Position numbers and translations under genes: made by a program
In this document: positions 27,132 through 35,317 of the stretch, one piece after another
Layout of the letters: each line of letters opens with the position of its first letter
Numbering within the stretch: position 1 is the stretch's first letter
Assembly: GCA_001773135.1 (NCBI GenBank)
Contig: MEVX01000012.1
Span: forward strand, 1 to 41,711
Direction of reading: 5' to 3'
DNA length: 41,711 nucleotides
Origin: a candidate division WWE3 bacterium RIFOXYB1_FULL_43_24
Lineage (GTDB): Bacteria > Patescibacteriota > WWE3 > UBA101185 > UBA10185
Notes under the pieces: model-generated
What the model saw: only the letters and a program-made list of their open reading frames with translations
Database searches by the model: none
Told to the model about the DNA's origin: nothing

Positions 27132-28058
27132 TTAACGATTTTCCTGTAAATAGGCTTCAATTAGTTTTATATCATTCAAGTCTTTTTCTCTACCTAAAGC
27201 TTTTTTAAATAATTTTAGCGTAGACAGCTGCACATAGGGATGTCCATCAAGGATCTCAGCTTCTTTTACCTGTGTCTCAACCGGGCAAATGTTTGGATTT
27301 GTGAAATGCGATCCCTCACCTAGAATTGTTACGTTTCCTATTTGAATTGTTTCAAATCTTTCGCTTATGACAGGGTATTTGACTTTATACCTATCCCAAA
27401 CACTAGGTAAAACAATAATATCCAGATCATGTGGTTCTCTTAGGTTTCTTACGGCTAGTGGGCCGGAACCTGTTATTGCATATTCTCCAACTAATAAACC
27501 AATTTGGTCTAACTCTTTGAGGAGATTAGTTAGTATCCCCTGTTTCTCCTCAATTAAAAACTCTGAAAACGTATTCGGATATGGATATTCATGGTCATTT
27601 CTATGCATAGATATAACACTTATTTCGTTATCAATTTTATGAAGAAAGTCGCACACATTTTTGTATGACCCATGATTATCGTTTTCGTTCTGAATAAATA
27701 ACATTTTATTTTTAGGAATACTTTTGAGTATCGAGTAGTGTTCGCAGTCTTCAGAGGATAGATCTTCCAGAGGTATACCGTTAAGAATTATTTTATTTGT
27801 TAATGAAGATTCTTTTTCTAACAATTTAATTGTTACATAGGTTCCAATGGATTTTGCGAGGATATTTATTTTCTGGTTTTTATATTTTTCGCTAACTCCA
27901 TCCGCGGTTTTTTCGATCCAATTTTTGGTTGCAACACCTGTTTTCCAGTGATCCCAATATATTACTTCGGAATCAACATCCGGAGAAAGTTCCTTGCTTA
28001 TATGTTCCGCCCAATCTTTATTTTTTATTGAAAATCCGGGAAGAATTAGTGTTTTCAT
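27132..28058 (-). CDS. alpha/beta-hydrolase-like domain fused to a nucleotidyltransferase-like domain
   Basis: ILPGFS, AKSIG, QNEND, DHEY, then YAITGSG...HDLDIIV...REKDLND. Confidence 0.75.
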   Translation of the reverse strand: MKTLILPGFSIKNKDWAEHISKELSPDVDSEVIYWDHWKTGVATKNWIEKTADGVSEKYKNQKINILAKSIGTYVTIKLLEKESSLTNKIILNGIPLEDLSSEDCEHYSILKSIPKNKMLFIQNENDNHGSYKNVCDFLHKIDNEISVISMHRNDHEYPYPNTFSEFLIEEKQGILTNLLKELDQIGLLVGEYAITGSGPLAVRNLREPHDLDIIVLPSVWDRYKVKYPVISERFETIQIGNVTILGEGSHFTNPNICPVETQVKEAEILDGHPYVQLSTLKLFKKALGREKDLNDIKLIEAYLQENR

Positions 28059-28196
28059 AATTCAATTATACAGTGAGTTTTATATAAAAAGACCCTTCGG
28101 ATCTAGAATTTCATAAAAGGATATTTACTAGCCCTAAAAGGCTATTCGAGGCTTCATGGTCACTTGCATGCCCACTCTGGCCAGCAGTATTGTATG

Positions 28197-28286
28197 TTAT
28201 CTGAAGAATATTGCCCAAATTAGGGCAATAAATAAAACTATTAATAATCCTATAGCTCTTCCAACAAAAAACTTTTTAGGTGTCAT
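28197..28286 (-). CDS. 29-aa single-TM peptide MTPKKFFVGRAIGLLIVLFIALIWAIFFR (not in ORF track)
   Basis: TATAAT (28298..28293) 6 nt before ATG; clean hydrophobic helix. Confidence 0.6.
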   Translation of the reverse strand: MTPKKFFVGRAIGLLIVLFIALIWAIFFR

Positions 28287-28304
28287 GGAGTTATTATACA
28301 TTTA

Positions 28305-28483
28305 TTGGCTGGGGGACAGGGATTCGGTCACGCATAAAATTCTGCTGAATTTTTGCTCGACCCCGGCTCGGCACCGTCGTGCCTGCGCCATTCGAATCTT
28401 TCCGCCTTCAACAAGTAATTTGTCAACCAACCCTGCGGGCTGCTTGCCAAATCACTGGCTGGCGGTTTTGCACGCTATTTGAA
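28305..28483 (-). repeat. tRNA-Gln 3'-end copy plus structured unit (proximal copy)
   Basis: 62-bp identity with 26906-26967; alternative second hairpin; second TGGCTG at 28456. Confidence 0.9.
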
Positions 28484-28506
28484 TTTTGTAGTTATAATAT
28501 TGTTAT

Positions 28507-28968
28507 ATGAGTCTTACTTCAAAAGAATTGATTAATGGATTTAAGAAATCCTATTATCGTACTAAAGATGCGAAAAACTCGGAAGAAATATTAGAAGTGT
28601 ATTACTCCCTGTTCGAGACACTAAACTGGGTTGTGGCGATCGATTACAAACTATGCGCAGAAAAAAATGACAATAAATGGTTTTCAAAACTAGGTTCCGA
28701 TGGTGATTATATAAATGCGCTGAGATTTGCAAGGAACAGGACTTACCATCAGTGGTTTACTATATTTAAATTAGATCGAAATGATACTTTTCCTGCAATA
28801 TTTCCTATGCTTCTTTCTACATGGAAATGGTGCCCTTTATCAGATATACCTTCTGAAAGAGGTCAAAAAGAGGACCCAAACGATGAAAAACTCTACGTAA
28901 AACTTTTGGCAAACAGACCCGTAAAAGATGCTTTAGTGATTATTGATAAAATATTTTCTATTACCTGA
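28507..28968 (+). CDS. putative HEPN-like protein
   Basis: Helical, E in the N-terminal helix (LFETLNW), R-x4-H motif RNRTYH. Confidence 0.55.
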   Translation: MSLTSKELINGFKKSYYRTKDAKNSEEILEVYYSLFETLNWVVAIDYKLCAEKNDNKWFSKLGSDGDYINALRFARNRTYHQWFTIFKLDRNDTFPAIFPMLLSTWKWCPLSDIPSERGQKEDPNDEKLYVKLLANRPVKDALVIIDKIFSIT

Positions 28969-29041
28969 ATTATTTTAGTGGCCGTTTTGTAAGCTATTTA
29001 AACTGTTATTTTACAACGTACTGTGGTATAGAGTAATAAAG

Positions 29042-29380
29042 ATGGAGATTCATAGAAAAACAAAAGAAAGATATGGCTCTTTTTTTGAAGATAGGATTTG
29101 GCTAGCATGGGCAGAAGGCTGGTTTAAGATTCTCGAATGGTTAACCCTGATAGCTTTATTCGAGTATGTTTCAGTTACGACCGGTAGTAAAATACTAAGT
29201 TTTATAGTAACCATCTCATACACACTACTGTTTTATTATCTATATAACAAACTTTTTAATACTTGTTGGTTTAGATATAGACTGTCGAAGCTTTGGTCTA
29301 CGATCAGCTCTCTTATAATAACAGTTTCTGCATTTGCATTAGTAACAAAAATAGTAGAACAAATTACAGGAAAATATTAG
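29042..29380 (+). CDS. small 3-TM membrane protein
   Basis: Three hydrophobic segments. Confidence 0.7.
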   Translation: MEIHRKTKERYGSFFEDRIWLAWAEGWFKILEWLTLIALFEYVSVTTGSKILSFIVTISYTLLFYYLYNKLFNTCWFRYRLSKLWSTISSLIITVSAFALVTKIVEQITGKY

Positions 29381-29524
29381 TATTAGACGATAACAATAGA
29401 AACCAATTATCATTTCGCTGGGTATACGGCATAAATACTCATATGTATTTAGTAATACCAGAGCTGAAAGTTAGCGGATGTTGTTGGCACAATCTTGATT
29501 TTGAAAGACTTGACCGCATTTTTA

Positions 29525-30115
29525 TTAATAACCATTGAAAACATTTCCACAATAGGGACATTTTTCTCCAACTTTTACATTTTCGTTAATACAGTAAGGG
29601 CAAAACATAGGATTATCCTGATCTTCTATATATTCAGGTGAGGGTGAAGGAGAAGGAGATACGGAGACAGCACTTGCAAGACCCGAAGCAGTACTCACTG
29701 CAGTGCCTGCTGTCATTTGATCAATCACATTGTTAGTCACTTTTTTTAGCATCGATTTTAGATCGATAAGACCTTGTGCTTGATTAAGGGATAAAGCTTC
29801 AACCTTGGAATTAAGTTCTTTTAATAGGTCAAAATCAACATCCTTTTGAGCATACATAGCTGCTACTTTTTTATACCACCAATCTCTCATTTGCGTTATT
29901 TCTCTACGTTTTTCAGGGTTAGCACCAAACCAAGTATGGCAATTAGGACATAGCGGAGCTGCGTTATCAAATGTATCCTCTCCTTGTTCTTTTTGCGGTA
30001 TTATATGGTGCGCTTCAATTCCAATATTCTGACACCTACAACACCTGAATGCCGATTTTTCCTTAACGTTATTAATAATTGCTTCACTAAAAGCCATATA
30101 ATCGGGTTGTAGCAT
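29525..30115 (-). CDS. HNH endonuclease with C-terminal zinc ribbon
   Basis: CCRC...EAHHIIP...DNAAPLCPNCH; (SP)4 linker; CPYC...CPYC. Confidence 0.88.
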   Translation of the reverse strand: MLQPDYMAFSEAIINNVKEKSAFRCCRCQNIGIEAHHIIPQKEQGEDTFDNAAPLCPNCHTWFGANPEKRREITQMRDWWYKKVAAMYAQKDVDFDLLKELNSKVEALSLNQAQGLIDLKSMLKKVTNNVIDQMTAGTAVSTASGLASAVSVSPSPSPSPEYIEDQDNPMFCPYCINENVKVGEKCPYCGNVFNGY

Positions 30116-30783
30116 TAAGCTCTAGACCAACCCCCTTCAATAAGTTCTCTTGTTAATTTGGCTTTTTGAGGGTGTATATATAGATTTCTTATGATATCTT
30201 CAATAACATCAATACAGAGAGACAGATCATCTTTATGATGCTTTTTGATTTCATGAGTAGCTAAATTGCCAATATCTTTAACAAGCATGAGCAATACTGC
30301 ACCATCTCTTGTAATAATATTTTTATGAACCATCTCATCTATTTTTGTGTTTATCCCCTGAACCTTTATGTCTTGTTGAATTGATATTGCCTCAATAGTG
30401 GTTCGTACTCCTATTGCTGTAAGAATTAGCATCCCTGCGTTAAAGGATTTTATTGTTTCTTCATAAATTGTACGTACATCTTTAGGTATGCTGAAATAAC
30501 CGTTTACTAATTCCCTATCACTTCTAAAGGGCGTTGGATGTACACTTTCTGTGATGTCAGGATCGCCAGTTTGCGGGTCTACATCTTCACTGCTAACATA
30601 TCTGATCAATAAACAAATGTTATCACAACCTAAACATCGCAAAGTAAGAAAAGTTGTACTGTCCCATATATCACCATCATCGCTAGTTCCAAATTTTTCA
30701 TACTCATTGATTACATTGTGCCAAGTTTCTTGCTGGCAAGCTTTACACATTATTTTACTTTTATATTTTTTTGACACATTCAT
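30115..30783 (-). CDS. DUF4145 (HEPN-superfamily) protein with N-terminal Zn ribbon
   Basis: CKAC...CLGC, IPKDVRTIYEE, RTTIE, KDIGNLATH. Confidence 0.82.
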   Translation of the reverse strand: MNVSKKYKSKIMCKACQQETWHNVINEYEKFGTSDDGDIWDSTTFLTLRCLGCDNICLLIRYVSSEDVDPQTGDPDITESVHPTPFRSDRELVNGYFSIPKDVRTIYEETIKSFNAGMLILTAIGVRTTIEAISIQQDIKVQGINTKIDEMVHKNIITRDGAVLLMLVKDIGNLATHEIKKHHKDDLSLCIDVIEDIIRNLYIHPQKAKLTRELIEGGWSRA

Positions 30784-30806
30784 AGATTTGGTTCAGCCAA
30801 TATTAT

Positions 30807-31718
30807 TTAAGTTTTATCCTCTGAAATTAATTGACTATATGCGGCCTTAAATACTTGCCAGCAAATATGGGCCGTATTTTCATCGGGGTTAAATGCTTGT
30901 GCAACCTGTTCATGTGGATGAATAAAATTTCTAAAATCTCTTAGAGCATGACTAAATTTCTTCACGTCTAGCTTAAGACGCTTCGTTGAATATGAAACAT
31001 CAATCAAATCTGATAATGTCCAATCATATATCTTTTTAATATATCCGTTTTTATCTTTGGGCGCAGAGTTGTTAGTCATGAATTCTTTTTGGTTTTTTAA
31101 AGCTACTCCAAGCAATATACCTTCCAGCGTACTCCCTAACTGAAAGATAAGACTTAAATTAAGGTCACTTTCTAAGCAACGTCGCGCTTCATTAACTCTA
31201 TCTGTAAGTACCTGTGTAATAACAGAATCTAGATTTAATTTATTAATATCAATCTCATCGCTATAATCCTTTTTTAAAAACTGATTAATTTCATTATCTG
31301 AAGATGCGTTATTTGAAAGTTTATCTCCATCTATATTAATTGATTGAATTCGTTTAAGAGTAGGGGTTGCTCCAATATACTCAATTTTCATTGCTTCCAT
31401 GCCAAGTAACTCATTCATTGCTTTGTACGCCATGGCTAGAAGTTTTTGATCGCCTTTGTATTCTTTCGGGTCAACTAACCTTAGTAGCACCTTTTCGAAT
31501 TCAGTAGGTATTAGTCTGTTTAAAGTTTCTAATACCCACCATTTACGGGTAGATCCGTCATGTGCAACGTTAATTCCTATATTTTGAAAAAATCTAGTTA
31601 GATATGATGAAGATCTGTAAACTGGGTAACGTTCCTTTATATCTCCGCAAATGAAATCAGCTATTGTTTCTACAACGGCAGGGTCAGGTAATTGTCCAAA
31701 GTGTAAACTATTGTCCAC
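30807..31718 (-). CDS. AbiJ-N-terminal-like domain plus C-terminal HEPN-like domain
   Basis: ICGD...YRSSSYLTRFF...HDGSTRKWW N-domain; GSTLEGIL and LRDFRNFIHP C-domain. Confidence 0.7.
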   Translation of the reverse strand: MDNSLHFGQLPDPAVVETIADFICGDIKERYPVYRSSSYLTRFFQNIGINVAHDGSTRKWWVLETLNRLIPTEFEKVLLRLVDPKEYKGDQKLLAMAYKAMNELLGMEAMKIEYIGATPTLKRIQSINIDGDKLSNNASSDNEINQFLKKDYSDEIDINKLNLDSVITQVLTDRVNEARRCLESDLNLSLIFQLGSTLEGILLGVALKNQKEFMTNNSAPKDKNGYIKKIYDWTLSDLIDVSYSTKRLKLDVKKFSHALRDFRNFIHPHEQVAQAFNPDENTAHICWQVFKAAYSQLISEDKT

Positions 31719-31815
31719 ATAAGAATTATAACACTCGATGGTTGCAACCGCGGCCTTTAATATTTAGACTTCGCTTATACTCAACAATATCTACAAGTTG
31801 ACTATTTCTACATAA

Positions 31816-32013
31816 AATGCTACCCACCTATACGCTAATAATGGTTTGGGATATAACTTTTCTAAGGCTTATTCTTTACTCTACAAGGCGGTTGAGATTA
31901 CTAATAGTTCGGAAATCAAAAATATTAAGGAATTTCGGGATTATATTTCCGAACCTGACGAATTAGTTGCTAGTAAAATGAAAACTGACTCTTTTCGAGC
32001 CATTCGTTCCTCT
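31816..32013 (+). pseudogene. probable C-terminal remnant of a recombinase gene reading into the tRNA att site
   Basis: Open frame without a good start that runs into the tRNA antisense (…SSWLGDRDSNP); no catalytic domain visible. Confidence 0.4.
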
Positions 32014-32087
32014 TGGCTGGGGGACAGGGATTCGAACCCCAATTTTTGCATCCAGAGTGCAAAGTCCTACCATTAGACGATCCCCCA
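32014..32087 (-). tRNA. tRNA-Gln(CTG)
   Basis: TGGGGGA acceptor stem, TTGCA-CTCTGGA-TGCAA anticodon arm, GGTTCGAATCC, encoded CCA. Confidence 0.97.
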
Positions 32088-32257
32088 ATAGAGCGGTTAT
32101 TGCCTGAAACCGCAGTGTGATTTTACCACTCAAATAGCCATTATTGAAACATAAGCCCGTCAGGGCGCTACCTCTGGCTAACCTAATAATACCCAAACCG
32201 TCCCCTCCCAGAAATCTCTCCGTTGTCGTATTGACCGCAATGAGATAAAATCAACCC

Positions 32258-32827
32258 ATGATAAGCACGCAGCATAAGGAACAAAGAGTAGCGGTATTCG
32301 TAGATGTCCAGAATATGTACTATTCAGCCAAGAATTTGTACGGAGCAAAAGTCGATTTTAGCAAAGTTTTAAGTGTAGGCGTAGGACCCAGGCGTTTAGT
32401 TAGAGCTTTTACCTATGTCATTAGAGCTGATGTTGGTGCCGAACGCGAATTTTTCGAAGCTCTCCATAAGATCGGTTACGAAGTAAGAGAAAAAGAACTC
32501 CAGATATTTTTCGGAGGCTCTAAAAAGGGCGATTGGGACGTCGGACTCTGTATGGACGCCGTCAGATTAATTCCTAAAATAGACGCGATGGTTTTGGTTT
32601 CAGGTGACGGAGATTACACTGACCTTTTGGAATACGCGAGAAGCCAGGGTGTCCGTACCGAAGTGATTGCATTTAGCAAGACAGGATCGAGCAGACTGTT
32701 CGGGACTGCCGATCAAACTACGGATATGTGTGAGGCTCCCGAGAAATTTTTAATCGGAAAATCCAAGTTCACTCTGTTGAATGGATTTAACTCACCTGCA
32801 AATGCCAACACTCCTGCAAAAAATTAA
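32258..32827 (+). CDS. NYN domain protein (LabA/DUF88)
   Basis: VFVDVQN, KGDWDV, LVSGDGDY. Confidence 0.93.
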   Translation: MISTQHKEQRVAVFVDVQNMYYSAKNLYGAKVDFSKVLSVGVGPRRLVRAFTYVIRADVGAEREFFEALHKIGYEVREKELQIFFGGSKKGDWDVGLCMDAVRLIPKIDAMVLVSGDGDYTDLLEYARSQGVRTEVIAFSKTGSSRLFGTADQTTDMCEAPEKFLIGKSKFTLLNGFNSPANANTPAKN

Positions 32828-34559
32828 AAATCTGGCGTTTTCACCGGTATCCAGGAAAATCCTTTTCTTTGTGTATTTTCTGTTGCTTTTGGCGACCCTT
32901 TACCATGTTTATTACGCAAAAAGAATTGTTCCGGGTGTAACAGTTGGAAACGTGTCTTTAGGCGGGAAAAATTTAGATCAAGCCCGCAGTACGTTAGAAG
33001 CCCACGAAAAAACTTTGGATAAAAAAGTAACGTTAAAGTTCGATGGAAAGGAGTACGCAGTTAAGGCTGAGGACATCGATCTTACTTATGATTGGGAGGG
33101 TACTGCTTTACGCGCGTTTGAAATAGGACGAACGGGGGATGTTCTACGTGACACAAAAGATAAAATAGCGGGATTAGTTAAAAACTTAAGCATCCCCGCT
33201 TTCCACGATCACAGCGATGAGAAATTAAGCAGTGTTCTTTCCGAGGCGAAGAGTTTATTTAATATTGTTGCCCAAAACGCCGGTGTAAAAATGGAAAAAG
33301 GAAAGTTGGTTGTGACTCCGGAAAGTGAGGGTAAAAAGGTTTTGGACGATGCGTTACATTCCACTGTGGTAAAAGCTTTTGATAATTTAAGTTTTGGTGA
33401 CAAAGAACTTCCCGGAAAGAAAATAGTACCGAAAATTACCGCTGTTGAAGTCACCGCCCTTCTGCCTCAGGCCGAAAAAATTATAAACAACGAAATTACC
33501 GTGAAAGATGGAACCAGGACATGGAAATTAACATCGGAACAACTTCTGGGATATATGACTTTTCAGCGAGACAAAGAAAGAAATCACGTCGAAATTGATT
33601 TGTCGGGGCCGCGGCTAGAAGCTTTTGCCGAAGAATTAGAACATGAGGTTAACGAGCTTCCCCGTGGCCAGGTTACGGGCATGGATGGTAAAAAAGTGAC
33701 CGGATTTAAGTTAAGCAAAGAGGGAAGCGAGTTAGATAAAGACAAATTTATTATTGCCTTCCGCGATGCTTATTTTAATTCGAAAAACAGCTTAGAGATC
33801 CCTAAACTTGCTGTTTCCGGGCCTCTAGACAAAGATACGTATGGAATCCTTGAATTATTAGGGGAAGGAAAGTCAACTTACAAAGGTTCTGCGTCAGGTC
33901 GTATACACAATTTAACTTTGGCAGCTGAAAGAGCGAGCGGAGTCTTGGTAGCTCCCGGAGCAACGTACTCTTTGAACAATTCTGTAGGCGAAATTGATTC
34001 AAAAACAGGATACGACATTGCTTACATTATCAAAGACGGAAGAACTGTTTTAGGTTCGGGCGGGGGAGTTTGCCAAACTTCTACCACTTTGTTCAGAGCG
34101 GTTTTAAATTCAGGATTACCTATTGTGATGCGGTACCCACATGCGTATCGCGTTAGTTACTACGAGCAGGATCAGCCGGTCGGATTCGACGCGGCAATAT
34201 ACCAACCTTCGTGGGATCTCAGATTTAAAAATGACACCGAGAATTACATTCTGGTGCAGGCGGAAGCTGATGTAGAGAATTACGCATTGAAGTTTCAAAT
34301 ATTCGGTACACCCGACGGCAGGAAAGTGGCAATAACAGAGCCGGTAGTAACCAACCAAAGTCCTCCTCCTCCGGCTTTATACCAGGATGATCCAACGCTA
34401 GCTAAGGGTGTTACAAAACAAGTTGATTTTCCCGCGTGGGGGGCGAAGGTGACCTATTCCAGAACTGTAACCAGGGGAGAAGAAGAGTTGTTCGTGGATA
34501 AATTCGAGAGTAGGTACCAGCCTTGGCGTGCGGTGTACCTGGTGGGAACGAAAGAATAA
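32781..34559 (+). CDS. VanW family protein with peptidoglycan-binding and G5-like domains
   Basis: N-terminal TM, RIHNL, GGGVCQTSTTLF, DLRFKNDT; start may be 32802. Confidence 0.9.
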   Translation: MDLTHLQMPTLLQKIKNLAFSPVSRKILFFVYFLLLLATLYHVYYAKRIVPGVTVGNVSLGGKNLDQARSTLEAHEKTLDKKVTLKFDGKEYAVKAEDIDLTYDWEGTALRAFEIGRTGDVLRDTKDKIAGLVKNLSIPAFHDHSDEKLSSVLSEAKSLFNIVAQNAGVKMEKGKLVVTPESEGKKVLDDALHSTVVKAFDNLSFGDKELPGKKIVPKITAVEVTALLPQAEKIINNEITVKDGTRTWKLTSEQLLGYMTFQRDKERNHVEIDLSGPRLEAFAEELEHEVNELPRGQVTGMDGKKVTGFKLSKEGSELDKDKFIIAFRDAYFNSKNSLEIPKLAVSGPLDKDTYGILELLGEGKSTYKGSASGRIHNLTLAAERASGVLVAPGATYSLNNSVGEIDSKTGYDIAYIIKDGRTVLGSGGGVCQTSTTLFRAVLNSGLPIVMRYPHAYRVSYYEQDQPVGFDAAIYQPSWDLRFKNDTENYILVQAEADVENYALKFQIFGTPDGRKVAITEPVVTNQSPPPPALYQDDPTLAKGVTKQVDFPAWGAKVTYSRTVTRGEEELFVDKFESRYQPWRAVYLVGTKE

Positions 34560-34560
34560 T

Positions 34561-34977
34561 TTAACGCCGTGCCATTTTCAAACTAACAATCGTATATTCA
34601 TCATCGGGCTGCCTTGTTACTGTTATGGTGGCTATTAGATCTTGGTCGTTGTAAGTTGTAACGTAAATTCCATTTTCTCTTTTATCTGATTCCGGCGTCC
34701 AATTTTTATCACTAAAAACATTTTGGTAAAACGTCATGACTTCTTCGGGAGATTTTTTTGTTTGAAAAGTTGTCTGGTGAGAATCAAGAGTTCTGCTTGA
34801 GCATATTTTTTCCGAGCTTATGGGCATGGGAAGTTCTGCTTCTTGTGAAACTTGCGCACCTTTTACATCGCCGTTTTGAATTTTGGGATTATATTGCGTG
34901 AAACTAGCGTAACTCCCGGCAAAGGCAAGTATTAGAACTAAAAGTATTGGTATCAACTTTTTAAAATCTCCGGGCAT
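34561..34977 (-). CDS. membrane-anchored/exported hypothetical protein
   Basis: Signal/TM, EVMTFYQ...W alpha-beta domain. Confidence 0.75.
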   Translation of the reverse strand: MPGDFKKLIPILLVLILAFAGSYASFTQYNPKIQNGDVKGAQVSQEAELPMPISSEKICSSRTLDSHQTTFQTKKSPEEVMTFYQNVFSDKNWTPESDKRENGIYVTTYNDQDLIATITVTRQPDDEYTIVSLKMARR

Positions 34978-35093
34978 TTTGTAAACTTATTATACACGAT
35001 TACAAATGACAATTTGCGCAAGGTGTTAGTCAAAAAGCGGATTTGTTGGTAGAATTTGTGGGATTTATGCCGGGCGTTGCCTAAAGGATGCTT

Positions 35094-35168
35094 GGCCCCA
35101 TCGTCTAACGGCTAGGACGGCGGATTCTCATTCCGTAAATCGGGGTTCGATTCCCCGTGGGGTCACCA
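35094..35168 (+). tRNA. tRNA-Glu(CTC)
   Basis: GGCCCCA/TGGGGTC acceptor stem, GCGGA-TTCTCAT-TCCGT anticodon arm, GGTTCGATTCC, encoded CCA. Confidence 0.97.
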
Positions 35169-35317
35169 TGAACAGGTTCTTCACCGAGTATACGAGGTGG
35201 AGGTTCTGTTTATGTGATTCTCGCAAGGGAGCGGACTAACTTTAGTTATGTTCGACCATTGCGTAATGAAATGAAGCAATCGCTTTGATGGAGTCAAAAT
35301 TCCCCGTGGGGTCACCA
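35169..35317 (+). repeat. tRNA-Glu-linked structured unit ending in a duplicate of the tRNA 3' end
   Basis: ATTCCCCGTGGGGTCACCA at 35150-35168 and 35299-35317 (149-bp period); G.A-mismatch hairpins between. Confidence 0.88.

Larger units (their letters stand above)
26907..32034. mobile_element. tandem island / cassette array at the tRNA-Gln 3' end, no intact integrase
   Basis: Three copies of the tRNA 3' 22-mer (26907, 28305, 32013); visibly AT-richer cargo of mixed orientation. Confidence 0.75.

Noticed and set aside
26906-28365. 62-bp repeats as a CRISPR array
   Set aside because: Only two copies 1.4 kb apart, derived from a tRNA end; no spacer periodicity and no cas genes in the window.
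26886-28482. ORFs 26886..27074(-) and 28156..28482(+)
   Set aside because: They are translations of the repeat units (WLGDRDS is tRNA antisense); the second is antisense to the better-supported 29-aa peptide.
31963-32196. 77-aa minus-strand ORF
   Set aside because: It overlaps tRNA-Gln on the same strand.
11874-35317. Units as classical integron attC sites
   Set aside because: No consistent RYYYAAC...GTTRRRY ends and no intI in the window; only an analogy is claimed.
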